Positions 1 to 10,256 are shown, numbered from the stretch's first letter. The stretch is 64,000 nucleotides of DNA from Planktothrix sp. GU0601_MAG3 (GCA_035193785.1 CP136572.1:4756578-4820577); one strand, 5' to 3'. The notes: generated from the letters alone by a model not told the origin. Made by a program: numbers and translations.

Positions 1-501
1 GGTGAAACCTCCGTTGAAACTTGCGCTAATTTTTCTAAATCTTCTGTAGTTTTCCCCTTATTGAGACTAATAGAATTTTCTGCTAAAACCTCTGATTCCA
101 CAGGATGCAAAGAAGACTCTAAAGCAGGATGAATTAGGGGTTGAGAGGGATTGAATGGGGGTAAATTTTGAGAAGAGGAAGTATTAACCCAAGAAAAGTA
201 AATATTGTTTCCCATCGACTGACCCAGAGAAAAAGCCAGATCTGGATAGGACGATTTAGTCTTATTTAAAACTATTCCTTCAAAAGAATTAATAGATGTA
301 GAGGGAATAATCTGATTAACAGCTAAAGTTTGTTCATGGGTTTTTGATGGGTTCAAACTCGGATTTATTGGATCAAAAGCTTCTTGAGAAACTGAGGGAA
401 CTTTCAGAATCAGAATAGGCGGTTTGACCATTTGCAGAGTTGGATAATCCAAACGTAGCTGAAGCAGTAAAAACCGCAACTAAGACAGGAGATAAACGCA
501 T
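1..501 (-). CDS. N-terminal part of a probable Omp85/BamA-family outer membrane protein (runs off the window; one apparent frameshift near 420)
   Basis: ATG at 501 reads MRLSPVLVAVFTASATFGLSNSANGQT, a signal peptide resembling cyanobacterial Omp85 N-termini. After a 1-nt shift it continues as a Pro/Ser/Glu-rich linker. Not in the ORF track. Confidence 0.55.
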
Positions 502-656
502 GATACTCACTCTTTTAGACAATCCCACACCTACAACTTGTCAATCCTCAGCGAAGGCTTAGGGAGATAGTTACACCCGTTACCATCGCTGCGACATCTG
601 ACATCTTAACAAGCTTTGACACTTCTACATCGAAAAGCTTTTAATCTCATGGGTTA

Positions 657-699
657 TGATCCCCCCTAACCCCTATGACAAAAGGATTTAGGGGGATCA
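657..699. repeat. Palindromic dispersed repeat / terminator-like hairpin downstream of purC
   Basis: TGATCCCCCCTAA...TTAGGGGGATCA inverted repeat, related to GATCCCCCTAAATCCCCC at ~46524. Confidence 0.6.
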
Positions 700-711
700 A
701 AATATTTAGCT

Positions 712-1452
712 TTATTGGGATGGGTTGGAAGTATGTTCCAAAACCCGTTTAAGCACCTGTTGATACGCAGATTCAACATTTCCTAAATCTCGACGGAAGC
801 GGTCTTTGTCCAAAACTCGTCGGTCGGGGTCTGTTTCGGATTGATCCCACAAACGACAGGTATCAGGACTAATTTCGTCGGCGAGTACCAATTGACCCTC
901 AGAAGTTATCCCAAATTCTAATTTAAAATCCACTAAAGTAATCCCACACTCATTAAAAAATTCCGAGAGAATTTGATTAATTTGTAAGGATAACTGGGTA
1001 ATTTGTTCCAACTGTTCCGGCGTGGCTAATTTCATTAATAACAGTCGTTCATGGGTTAATAGGGGATCGCCTAATTCATCATTTTTATAGCAAAATTCTA
1101 CTAAAGTCGGTTCAATAATTGTACCCGCAGGAATCCCCGTTTGTTTACATAAACTTCCCGCCGCAATATTGCGAACTATCACTTCTATCGGCACAATTTT
1201 AACCCGTTTTACCCGCATTTCATTGGGGGTAGGACAATCAATATAATGGGTCGGAACTCCTTTTGCTTCTAAGCATTGAAACAGATGGCTAGAAATCGCA
1301 TTATTAATTTCTCCTTTCCCTTGAATTGTCCCGCGTTTTTGGGCATTAAATGCCGTTGCATCATCCTTAAAATAGGCGAGTAATATTTCGGCTTCATCCG
1401 TCGGATAGATGATTTTGGCTTTTCCTTCGTAGAGTTTTTCGGGAGTAGACAT
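712..1452 (-). CDS. purC: SAICAR synthetase
   Basis: LYEGKAK, FKDDATAFN, LVDFKLEFG, LADEISPDTCRLWD and LDKDRFR motifs. Confidence 0.97.
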   Translation of the reverse strand: MSTPEKLYEGKAKIIYPTDEAEILLAYFKDDATAFNAQKRGTIQGKGEINNAISSHLFQCLEAKGVPTHYIDCPTPNEMRVKRVKIVPIEVIVRNIAAGSLCKQTGIPAGTIIEPTLVEFCYKNDELGDPLLTHERLLLMKLATPEQLEQITQLSLQINQILSEFFNECGITLVDFKLEFGITSEGQLVLADEISPDTCRLWDQSETDPDRRVLDKDRFRRDLGNVESAYQQVLKRVLEHTSNPSQ

Positions 1453-1484
1453 AGAAATAGACTATTGAAAGGTTAAATAATTAA

Positions 1485-2360
1485 TTATAAATCATAAATC
1501 ACCCGATAAATAGCATCTGCAACTCGACTGACATCCACCATTTCTTTAACATCATGAACCCGTAAAATATCCGCACCATTAGCAATCGCCGCCACACAGG
1601 TCGCTGCTGTTCCCCAAACCCTTTGTTTGGGGTCGGGTTGGTTTAAAATATGACCAATAAAACTTTTTCGAGATGTTCCGACTAAAATTGGACAATTAAG
1701 CGATCGCAATTTGGTTAAATTCCTCAATATTTCTAAATTCTGTTCAAAGGTTTTTGCAAAACCAATCCCCGGATCAATAATAATATTTTGAGGTGCAATT
1801 CCTTGGGCGATCGCTTCCTTAATTCTACCTTGTAAAAACCCTTCTAAATCCTCGATTAAATCCTGATAATCCGTCATGGTTTGCATGGTTTTCGGTGTTC
1901 CTCTCATGTGCATTAAAATAATAGGAACCTGCAATTTAGCCACCATAGATAACATTTCAGCATCAAAAGTAGCCCCGGAAATATCATTAATTATATCCGC
2001 CCCGGTTTTAACTGCAACCTCCGCCACTTGGGAACGAGTGGTATCAATAGAAATAGGAATATTTGCTAATAATTGATTAGAGTTATTTCTAATGGTTTCA
2101 ATCACAGGAATAACCCGATTTAATTCCGTTTCTAAACTCACAATTTCCGCCCCAGGTCGGGTTGATTGTCCGCCAATATCAATGATATCAACTCCCGCTT
2201 CCACCATTTGTTGCGCCTGATGCAAAGCCCTTTCTAAACTATTAAAATCTCCCCCATCACTGAAACTATCAGGAGTCACATTCAAAACCCCCATAATATA
2301 GGTTCGCTTTCCCCATTCTAAACTTTTATCTCTAATATTTAAAGGGTTAAAAATAGTCAT
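1485..2360 (-). CDS. folP: Dihydropteroate synthase
   Basis: MGVLNVTPDSFSDGG, DIGGQSTRPG, IDPGIGF, SRKSFIG and ILRVHDV motifs. Confidence 0.97.
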   Translation of the reverse strand: MTIFNPLNIRDKSLEWGKRTYIMGVLNVTPDSFSDGGDFNSLERALHQAQQMVEAGVDIIDIGGQSTRPGAEIVSLETELNRVIPVIETIRNNSNQLLANIPISIDTTRSQVAEVAVKTGADIINDISGATFDAEMLSMVAKLQVPIILMHMRGTPKTMQTMTDYQDLIEDLEGFLQGRIKEAIAQGIAPQNIIIDPGIGFAKTFEQNLEILRNLTKLRSLNCPILVGTSRKSFIGHILNQPDPKQRVWGTAATCVAAIANGADILRVHDVKEMVDVSRVADAIYRVIYDL

Positions 2361-2379
2361 AAATTTTGATAGGTAATGG

Positions 2380-2421
2380 GGAATTACGAATAATTACGAA
2401 TTACGAATTACGAATTACGAA
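2380..2421. repeat. Heptamer tandem repeat (GAATTAC)n, STRR type
   Basis: About 5 GAATTAC units; the same unit recurs at 4858-4911. Confidence 0.9.
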
Positions 2422-2464
2422 TGGGTAATAGGTAGCGGGAAAAATATAAGTTTGATCTGTAAAA

Positions 2465-2655
2465 TCTTTAACTGATAACTGGTACGGGCGGGTTCTTTTA
2501 GATGTTTGTTAATCGCCTAAATCTCGATTAACCCGCCCCTACAACTGATAACTACTGATAACTCTTTAACTGATAACTGGTACGGGCGGGTTCTTTTAGA
2601 TGTTTGTTAATCGCCTAAATCTCGATTAACCCGCCCCTACAACTGATAACTGATG
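2465..2655. repeat. Two tandem ~98-bp units, each with a GTACGGGCGGGTT...AACCCGCCCCTAC inverted repeat (REP-like)
   Basis: Units start at 2465 and 2563. The same family occurs in the opposite orientation at 59986-60200. Confidence 0.9.
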
Positions 2656-2661
2656 ACTAAT

Positions 2662-3387
2662 TTATTGATAATTAACAATGCGGGCAAAACCTTCGGGTTG
2701 TAAACTAGCCCCTCCAACTAAAGCCCCATCAATTTCTGGCTGTGCCATAATTTCATCAATATTATCAGGTTTGACAGAGCCACCATATTGAATGGTTACA
2801 TTAGAATTGACTAATTTACTACGAATTAAACCAATTACCCGATTCGCTTCAGTAGTTTCACAAGTATCCCCAGTTCCTATTGCCCAAATTGGCTCATAAG
2901 CAACCACTAAATTATTTTGATCAACCCCAATTAAATCCTTTTCCAACTGAGAGAAAATCACTCTTTCGGTATCTCCAGCATCCCGTTGTTGTTTGGTTTC
3001 TCCCACACATAAAATGGGGGTTAAACCATGACGTTGAGCCGCTCTAAGTCGCAAATTCACCGTTTCATCAGTTTCGCCAAAATATTGACGTCGTTCACTG
3101 TGACCGACAATAACATAACGGATACCAAATTCTAGTAACATCGGGCCAGAAATTTCTCCCGTGTAGGCTCCAGAATCTTCCCAATGTATGTTTTGAGCAC
3201 CGGGGAGAATTCGACTCCCGTGTAAACTTTTGGACATGACCCCCAAGGTGGTAAAGGGTACACACAGCACCACTTCCCGGTCTTCTGGAGTATCATCTAA
3301 ATGATTAGTAAACCCTTGCAGAAACTCTTGAGCTTCCGATTGGGTTTTAAACATTTTCCAATTACCTGCAATAATTACTTTTCTCAC
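2662..3387 (-). CDS. tpiA: Triosephosphate isomerase (likely GTG start at 3387)
   Basis: [29 protein letters not shown] and GALVGGASL motifs. Confidence 0.97.
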   Translation of the reverse strand: MRKVIIAGNWKMFKTQSEAQEFLQGFTNHLDDTPEDREVVLCVPFTTLGVMSKSLHGSRILPGAQNIHWEDSGAYTGEISGPMLLEFGIRYVIVGHSERRQYFGETDETVNLRLRAAQRHGLTPILCVGETKQQRDAGDTERVIFSQLEKDLIGVDQNNLVVAYEPIWAIGTGDTCETTEANRVIGLIRSKLVNSNVTIQYGGSVKPDNIDEIMAQPEIDGALVGGASLQPEGFARIVNYQ

Positions 3388-3464
3388 CGTTAATGCAATT
3401 AACCTTAAAAAACAATAAAATCCCACCCCTTAGTTTAAAGCGTTAAGAGACATTTTAATAGTCA

Positions 3465-3555
3465 GAGGTTGGGGAGGTTGGGGGAGCAGGGGAGGCAGGG
3501 GAGGCAGGGGGAGCAGGGGGCGCAGGGGGAGTAAGGGGAGCAGGGGGAGGGGGGA
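3465..3555. repeat. G-rich tandem repeat (~9-10-nt units, GGGGAGCAG-like)
   Basis: Repeated GGGG(G)AG(G)CA units in an intergenic region. Confidence 0.85.
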
Positions 3556-3576
3556 AATTAAGTTCTGAGGGATGGG

Positions 3577-3762
3577 TTATTGGCCAAATTCTGAGCGGGC
3601 TTGTTCCACCATTTCCGGGGTTACAATTCCTTGTTCCGCGTCTCTGGCTAGTTGTTCAATACGTTGTCTAGCCTGAGTCCGAACAAAATAAGGGATATTT
3701 TTTAGTTTGACCTTGGCTTCGGGAAGCCACTGAAGTTCATCGAAATAATCAGTATTAGCCAT
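3577..3762 (-). CDS. Small PCP_red-domain protein (ChlB C-terminal-like)
   Basis: [29 protein letters not shown] matches the PCP_red pattern. The longer track start lies inside a MITE, so ATG 3762 is preferred. Confidence 0.8.
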   Translation of the reverse strand: MANTDYFDELQWLPEAKVKLKNIPYFVRTQARQRIEQLARDAEQGIVTPEMVEQARSEFGQ

Positions 3763-3787
3763 AAACTTAACCGTTACTTTGGGAGCA

Positions 3788-3892
3788 TATAGCAATCATT
3801 GTAGGGGTTGGGTATCCAAACCCTCTTGACACCTAGCATTGAAAGCTAAAACCCTACAGGTTGTTGTCACAAATCCCCCACGGATTGCTATA
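3788..3892. mobile_element. 105-bp MITE-like element with 10-bp terminal inverted repeats and an internal GTAG-type palindrome
   Basis: TATAGCAATC (3788-3797) and GATTGCTATA (3883-3892); internal GTAGGGGTT...AACCCTAC. Confidence 0.65.
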
Positions 3893-3920
3893 GCTTTATT
3901 TTACCTAAAGTTGAACCGCC

Positions 3921-4811
3921 TTAAAGCATTTTCAGGAATTGACGAATTACCCCAATGGTGACGGCGGGAAGTTCCAAATGGGGTGTTAATCCCACATTAT
4001 CTATTTTTTGAAAAACCTTAACCGCCGTTGGATTTAAGTTAGCTAAACGTTCACCCGTTTCGGGACTGGTAAAGGATGATTTCTCACCCCAAATAATACC
4101 CGTAGGTGTGCTCAGTTGACTGATATATAACGATAAATCAAAACACAAATCTCCCCCCACAAAAGACAAAGCTGCGTATTCAGCATTGGGTTGTTGAGCC
4201 GATTTTAAATAAGCCTCCACAATTTCGGGATAAATTCGATCAGGTTGGGCAAATTGCCGATTGTATAAAAAACCGTAAATCCCAGCAGGATTAGCAATTC
4301 CGGTAAAATACAAAACTCGATCTAAGAAAGGTGTTTTCACCATTTGGCTTAATAAACTTTGCCCATAATTTTCACCAAAATCTGATAATCCCGAGGGAGT
4401 TACTAAAATAAGTGATTTAAACAAATCGGGACGTTGAACCGCGACCCGAACGGTAAAAGCCGCGGTTAGGGAGGAGGCAATTACTATGGCGGGAGTTGAA
4501 CAAGTTTGTTCTAAAAATTCGGTAATTGTGGTTAGATAATCCTCTATATTATAGTTTTTTGCTGGATGTTCTGAACGTCCCCAACCAATTAAATCCGGGG
4601 CTAAAATTTGATATTCATCCACAAAAGCTGGATAAACTTTTGACCATTCATAAGCAGAAGAACCCCCACCAAATCCATGTAAAAATACCATTGGGGGTAA
4701 TTCGGCAGAACTTTCATTAATATTCCAAGGAGAACTCTCCGCCGTGTAATATACTATTCTGCCTAAAGACGTAACAATTGAACGCTGACCAAATCCATTG
4801 GGTTCAAACAT
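3921..4811 (-). CDS. Alpha/beta fold hydrolase
   Basis: VFLHGFGGG, APDLIGWGRS, ASSLT elbow and C-terminal PHLE. Confidence 0.9.
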   Translation of the reverse strand: MFEPNGFGQRSIVTSLGRIVYYTAESSPWNINESSAELPPMVFLHGFGGGSSAYEWSKVYPAFVDEYQILAPDLIGWGRSEHPAKNYNIEDYLTTITEFLEQTCSTPAIVIASSLTAAFTVRVAVQRPDLFKSLILVTPSGLSDFGENYGQSLLSQMVKTPFLDRVLYFTGIANPAGIYGFLYNRQFAQPDRIYPEIVEAYLKSAQQPNAEYAALSFVGGDLCFDLSLYISQLSTPTGIIWGEKSSFTSPETGERLANLNPTAVKVFQKIDNVGLTPHLELPAVTIGVIRQFLKML

Positions 4812-4857
4812 TTTTAACCTCTTAAAAAACAACAAGAAATAGGGAATGGGGAATGGG

Positions 4858-5115
4858 GAATTACGAATTACGAATTACGAATTACGAATTACGAATTACG
4901 AATTACGAATTGGTAATGGGGAATATAAATAGTTTACCTCCTCCACTCCTCCACTCCTCCACTCCCCCCTGCTCCCCCTGCTCCCCCTGCTCCCCCTGCT
5001 CCCCCTGCTCCCCCTGCTCCCCCAACTCCTCCACTCCCCCCTGCTCCCCCTGCTCCCCCAACTCCTCCACTCCCCCCTGCTCCCCAATCCCCCCAATCCC
5101 CCAATCCCCCAATCC
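4858..5115. repeat. Composite tandem-repeat tract: (GAATTAC)n, (CTCCACTC)n, (CTCCCCCTG)n, (CCCCAATC)n
   Basis: Directly visible; explains the low-complexity ORFs in the track. Confidence 0.92.
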
Positions 5116-5320
5116 TTCCCGATTCCCCTTCAGAACCTTTGAAGGATTTTGTTAATCCTAAACCAGTGTTTGCAAATCGTCTCCACTTGTTTATAATAGG
5201 GGGTGATACCCCTCATGGGTTAAGCCCATCTTTTTTTGGACATCCTCCCAAAAGATAGTAGTTTGACACCAGAATGGTCGAATCACCCCTGTCGTATCAC
5301 TAATTTGGCTTTGGGTCACT

Positions 5321-5911
5321 ATGAAAAACCTTATGATAGACGAAGACTTTCCGGCGGTTGATTTAATTCAGCCCTCAGAGTTAAAAAATTCTATTAATTC
5401 TGAGTTCAATTCTACTGAAATCACGGTTTATCCTCAACGGGAAGAACGTGATTTAGAGCAAGAATTTTCCGTAAAAACTGCAACAAAAATTCGGTTAGCC
5501 TTAGAAGAATTATATTGTTTTGAAGTAATTAAAAATCAGTTTCAATCTTGGGGAATTACTTTTAAAAATGCGATCGCTCTCCAACCGTCCAATCCCGCTT
5601 TTGTGATTAAACCCACAACGACTGTAATCATGGGTGCGCCCAAAGGGGGGCACTTAGAAATTAACTTTAAATATCCCGTTCAGAACGTCTGTGCAATGAT
5701 TACCAGTTCTAGCGGAACGATTTTATCCGCCTATGATACCGAGGGCAAAAAAGTAGCAGAAACGGGAATGATCGTTTCCCATCATATTAGTTCCGATGCC
5801 CTTAATTTTCCCCACGCTCAATTAAAAGTTAGGGGTTTAAATATTCAAAAAGTAACCTTTGAAACCTTTGATGGTCAATTAATTTTACATCACTTTAAAG
5901 TTGAATTTTAA
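5321..5911 (+). CDS. Hypothetical protein
   Basis: 196-aa ATG ORF, beta-strand-rich C-terminal half, no recognised motif. Confidence 0.7.
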   Translation: MKNLMIDEDFPAVDLIQPSELKNSINSEFNSTEITVYPQREERDLEQEFSVKTATKIRLALEELYCFEVIKNQFQSWGITFKNAIALQPSNPAFVIKPTTTVIMGAPKGGHLEINFKYPVQNVCAMITSSSGTILSAYDTEGKKVAETGMIVSHHISSDALNFPHAQLKVRGLNIQKVTFETFDGQLILHHFKVEF

Positions 5912-5921
5912 AGTTGAATTT

Positions 5922-6692
5922 CTAAGAATAATTTTTGTAATCCTGTTGCAGAATTTGTAACCCTTCTAATAAAGCGTCACGGACAAGGGGTTCATTTTCT
6001 TGATATAACATCAATTGAAAATACTCAACAATATGGGTCTGATCAATTTCTTGAAAGAACTCTATGGGCGGTAAAGGTTGCCAACGTTGAGCTTCTAATA
6101 GTAACTGTGGATTTCCCGAATATTGGGGAAAATTTTTAAAAGCCGTGGTGATTTGACGCACAGCAATCAAGCGTTTTAGGCAATTCTCTTGGGTTAAATC
6201 TCCTAACCATTGGTTAATTTGAGATTTCCCTAAATTAAATTTTTGTTGATACCATTGCCAGATAATAAAAATCAAAATTCCCAAAATACCTAAATTCTGA
6301 CCAATCAGACTTAAAGCCATTTCTGGACTCTGGGAGCTTGTCCAAATCGATAGAGAAATATACAGGAATATACAGGAACTTACCCCACTTCCAAGGGCTA
6401 ATAAAAATTGACGTTGAGACCTTTCTAGTCTTCGATACCAGTCCCATTGGTTGAGGTTAACTGGAAGTTCCCAGTGACGGTAAACCCAACTCATCACCAC
6501 CACACCAAAAGCGGTTGAAAATAAAAGTTTGCTATTCCACCAACCCCAAATTCCGCCTAGAATTAGGAAAAATAACCAACTTCTTAAACGTTGATACCGA
6601 CGGTGGCTCGATCTTTTTCTGGGTTGAAACCCGGCGAAAATATGGAAATAGGGATGTAGCCAGGAAAGATTTAGAAGCATTGACTTTTGCAC
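5922..6692 (-). CDS. Hypothetical membrane protein
   Basis: Several hydrophobic segments followed by a helical, HEAT-like C-terminus (LKRLIAVRQ...EPLVRDALLEGL). Start uncertain. Confidence 0.7.
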   Translation of the reverse strand: MQKSMLLNLSWLHPYFHIFAGFQPRKRSSHRRYQRLRSWLFFLILGGIWGWWNSKLLFSTAFGVVVMSWVYRHWELPVNLNQWDWYRRLERSQRQFLLALGSGVSSCIFLYISLSIWTSSQSPEMALSLIGQNLGILGILIFIIWQWYQQKFNLGKSQINQWLGDLTQENCLKRLIAVRQITTAFKNFPQYSGNPQLLLEAQRWQPLPPIEFFQEIDQTHIVEYFQLMLYQENEPLVRDALLEGLQILQQDYKNYS

Positions 6693-7020
6693 CCCTGGAA
6701 TATAATAGTGTTTGAACTTGATGCCGGAGTTGCTGAGTCCCGATTGATAGGCTAATCCGAATTAGCTCAAGATGATCAAGGGTTTTACTGAGTTTATCCA
6801 TTCTGACGATCCCAAGTTAAGTCTTGTGTTTTGTGATCTCAAGTTTGAGCTAAAATTAAAATGGCATTATGGATAGTTTATGGCATTTTGTCACATTAGC
6901 TAATATTGATCCAAGATAAACTCATATATCTATCGGTTACGATTAAGTTTTCTAGCCAAAACTTAATTATAATCAACCTCACCCACTCAACTGCCTAACT
7001 CCAACTAGCAATTAACACCT

Positions 7021-7906
7021 ATGTCTAATTTACAAAACCAATTTACGGTTCACTTTTGGGGAGTCAGAGGAAGCATCGCTTGTCCGGGGTCGGAAACGGT
7101 GCGCTACGGGGGAAATACTCCCTGTGTTGAAATGCGAGTGGGTTCCGAACGGTTGATTTTTGATGGGGGGACGGGTTTACGAGTCCTCGGACAATCTTTG
7201 CTGGCTCAAATGCCTGTAACTGGGCATTTATTTTTTAGTCATTATCATTGGGATCATATCCAGGGATTTCCGTTTTTTGTTCCCGCTTTTATTAAAATTA
7301 ATACTTTTTATATTTATGGTACGATTGCCCCCGATGGTTCAACGGTACAGCATCGTTTGAATGATCAAATGCTCCATCCTAATTTTCCGGTTCCTTTACA
7401 AATTATGGGAGCGGACTTAAAGTTTGTTGATATTAATGTGGGTAAGTCGATTGAAATTAGCGATGAAGTTGTGGTAGAAACTGCCCTATTAAACCATCCT
7501 GGAGAAGCAGTTGGCTATCGAGTCAATTGGCGAAATTATGCCGCAGCCTATGTCAGTGATACGGAACATTTCCCCGATCGCCTAGACGAAAATGTGTTAT
7601 TTTTAGCTCGGAATGCGGATGTTTTAATTTACGATGCTACCTATACAAATGAAGAATATCATTCTGAAAAAACCAGTAAAGTCGGATGGGGCCATTCAAC
7701 TTGGCAAGAAGCTGTCAAAATAGCCAAAGCAGCCAAGGTGAAACGGTTAGTGATTTTCCATCACGACCCCCTGCACAATGATGATTTTATGGACAAAACG
7801 GGGGAAACAGGTGGCTGAACAGTTTCCGAATAGTTTAATCGCCCGGGAAGGATTATCGATTCAGTTAAGTTCTCCTTCCAATTCCATTCCGCCTCTGTCC
7901 CATTAA
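7021..7906 (+). CDS. MBL-fold metallohydrolase (frameshift near 7805)
   Basis: FWGVRGS, YGGNTPC, SHYHWDHIQG, GHST and FHHDP motifs. The shifted frame continues EQVAEQFPNSLIAREGL to TAA at 7906. Confidence 0.9.
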
Positions 7907-7984
7907 GTCTAACTCTCGGGTTGATTTCACAAAATTTTCTGATATGGTACTCTCAGATTTCCAAATTATGTGAAAATGTGAAGC

Positions 7985-9046
7985 GTGTGGATAACATCAT
8001 CGCTCGATACTATATTAACGCCGACTGCCGTTGCTTTGGGTAACTTTGATGGCTTACATCGGGGTCACCAACAGGTGATCCAACCGATTTTAAATGGACA
8101 GCCACAAATTGATTCTCGACAACGGACAGAGATGCTTTTAACTAACCCCGTCGCCCAGTTGACGCGGGATAGATTTCCGTTGGATAGTAATTTAGGAGAA
8201 TCGGAACTCGGTTATAGTACCGTTGTCACCTTTGATCCCCATCCTCAAGAATTTTTTACAGGTAAACCCAAAAAGTTACTAACTCCCCTAGATGAAAAAG
8301 TGGAATGGTTAAAAAGAATGGGGGTAAAACAGTTGGTTTTGTTGCCTTTTGATCAACAAATGGCGGCTTTATCTCCAGTGGAATTTGTAGAAAAGGTTTT
8401 AATTCAAAAATTGCAACCCCATTATATTAGTGTGGGAGTTGATTTTCATTTTGGAAAGAAACGGGCAGGAACTGTTAAGGATTTAGAAAAAATTGCCAAC
8501 AATTACGGAGTTAAGGTAAAAACTGTTCCCTTATATTTATGTGAAAATGGCGAACGGATTAGCAGTTCAGAAATTCGCGCCTCCTTAGAACAAGGTGCGA
8601 TTATTCGAGCGAATCAATTATTAGGAAGATCCTATCATGTAGTGGGTTCGGTGGTTCAGGGTCAACAGTTAGGACGAACTATCGGATTTCCCACCGCTAA
8701 TTTACAATTACCCCCGGAAAAATTCTTACCTCGCTATGGGGTTTATGCGGTAAAAGTATCGGAAATGGGGATGAAATCACTCACAAAAACCGGAAGTGAT
8801 GCTAATTTTGGGTTAGTGAATCATCCGGGGGTGATGAATATTGGCTGTCGTCCAACGGTCGCGGGTGAAAAGGTCACTGTAGAGGTTCATTTATTAAATT
8901 GGTCGGGGGATTTATATGGTAAAACCTTAAGTGTTAGCCTAGAAGAATTCCTGCGCCCGGAACAGAAATTTGCCTCTTTAGATGCCCTCAAAACTCAAAT
9001 TAAGGCGGATTGTTTACAAGCCAAGGAGATACTATACCCAACGTAG
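7985..9046 (+). CDS. ribF: Bifunctional riboflavin kinase / FAD synthetase
   Basis: GNFDGLHRGH, ISSSEIR, GRTIGFPTAN, NIGCRPT and LRPEQKF motifs. Confidence 0.96.
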   Translation: MWITSSLDTILTPTAVALGNFDGLHRGHQQVIQPILNGQPQIDSRQRTEMLLTNPVAQLTRDRFPLDSNLGESELGYSTVVTFDPHPQEFFTGKPKKLLTPLDEKVEWLKRMGVKQLVLLPFDQQMAALSPVEFVEKVLIQKLQPHYISVGVDFHFGKKRAGTVKDLEKIANNYGVKVKTVPLYLCENGERISSSEIRASLEQGAIIRANQLLGRSYHVVGSVVQGQQLGRTIGFPTANLQLPPEKFLPRYGVYAVKVSEMGMKSLTKTGSDANFGLVNHPGVMNIGCRPTVAGEKVTVEVHLLNWSGDLYGKTLSVSLEEFLRPEQKFASLDALKTQIKADCLQAKEILYPT

Positions 9047-9068
9047 AGACGAGCCACGGCGCGTCTCT
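9043..9068 (+). repeat. GTAG-type REP palindrome overlapping the ribF stop codon
   Basis: GTAGAGACGAGCCACGGCGCGTCTCT. Confidence 0.65.
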
Positions 9069-9146
9069 CTATCTCTCTCTATCTCTTTCGCCAATGATTA
9101 TACTTGACACAATTGCATTTTGTCTTACTATCAATAAAAACATCCC

Positions 9147-10055
9147 ATGAAACAACGAATTGAACTGCTAAAACAAAATTTAAGCCGAACAATTGTAGGC
9201 AAAGAAGATGCCATTCGCTTAACGTTGGTAGCTTTATTAGCCGGGGGTCATGCACTACTAGAAGATGTTCCGGGTGTTGGTAAAACCTTACTCGCAAAAT
9301 CCTTAGCCCGTTCGATAGCCGGACAGTTTCATCGGATACAATGTACACCGGATTTATTACCCACAGATATCACCGGAACTAATATTTGGAATCCCCGAAC
9401 TGGGGAATTTGAATTTTTACCCGGGCCGATTTTTACTAATATTTTATTAACGGATGAAATTAACCGGGCGACGCCTCGAACCCAGTCCGCTTTATTAGAA
9501 GTAATGGAAGAAAGACAAGTTACCGTTGATGGAGTTTCTAGGTTAGTTCCCAAACCTTTTTTTGTCATCGCAACTCAAAACCCCATTGAATATCAAGGAA
9601 CATTTCCCTTACCTGAAGCGCAAATGGATAGATTTTTATTATCCCTAACTTTAGGATATCCCAGCGAAGCGGAAGAATTGCAAATGTTACAACGGTTATC
9701 GGATGGAATAACAATAGATGATTTAGAACCTTGTATTTCTCAGGATGAGGTATTAGAAATTCAAAATTGGTGTCGTCAAATTAAGATTGAAACCTCATTA
9801 CAACAATATATTCTGAATTTAGTTAGAGCCACCAGAGAATCAGACGAAATCACATTAGGGGTAAGTCCTCGCGGTGCAATTTCCTTACATCGAGCCACCC
9901 AAGCCTTAGCCTTTTTATCAGGTAGAGATTATGGCACACCGGATGACGTCAAATACCTAGCGCCCCATGTCTTATCCCATCGTTTAATTCCGGCGGGCGG
10001 AAGGCGGGCAAAAACAATTGTTGAACAATTATTAAGGACAATTGCCATACCCTAG
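9147..10055 (+). CDS. MoxR-family AAA+ ATPase
   Basis: LLEDVPGVGKT, RIQCTPDLLPTD, DEINRATPRTQSALLE and GTFPLPEAQMDRF motifs. Confidence 0.95.
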   Translation: MKQRIELLKQNLSRTIVGKEDAIRLTLVALLAGGHALLEDVPGVGKTLLAKSLARSIAGQFHRIQCTPDLLPTDITGTNIWNPRTGEFEFLPGPIFTNILLTDEINRATPRTQSALLEVMEERQVTVDGVSRLVPKPFFVIATQNPIEYQGTFPLPEAQMDRFLLSLTLGYPSEAEELQMLQRLSDGITIDDLEPCISQDEVLEIQNWCRQIKIETSLQQYILNLVRATRESDEITLGVSPRGAISLHRATQALAFLSGRDYGTPDDVKYLAPHVLSHRLIPAGGRRAKTIVEQLLRTIAIP

Positions 10056-10101
10056 TAGTGAGCCCTTCAGGGCTCTCTAAGATGCGCTTAATCGCAACAA
10101 C
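10055..10101. repeat. 47-bp REP doublet, left boundary of the accessory island
   Basis: GTAGTGAGCCCTTCAGGGCTCTCTAAGATGCGCTTAATCGCAACAAC; 44/47 identical to 13745-13791. Confidence 0.9.
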
Positions 10102-10189
10102 ATATCGCCATGGGATTATTGATATCAATCCAGAATTATAGCAACCGCTTTGAAGTTTAGGACATACAATTTCGGAAGTTTTATTCAAA

Positions 10190-10256
10190 AGTTTTCCGTA
10201 TATCGTTCCGATCAGGTATGTTATGGGGAAAGTTTCCGTATAATGTATAGTTAGCC
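10190..10256 (+). promoter_or_regulatory. Putative integron attI-like recombination site
   Basis: Core GTTAGCC at 10250-10256, 24 bp upstream of a cassette-like ORF, preceded by direct repeats TTTCCGTATA at 10193 and 10233. Confidence 0.55.

Noticed and set aside
2465..2655. CRISPR or attC array
   Set aside because: Only two identical units, with no variable spacer or ORF between them; fits a REP-like tandem repeat.
4853..5155. Three overlapping low-complexity ORFs (NYELRIT, PCSPCS, GEQGEQ)
   Set aside because: They are translations of short tandem repeats on both strands.
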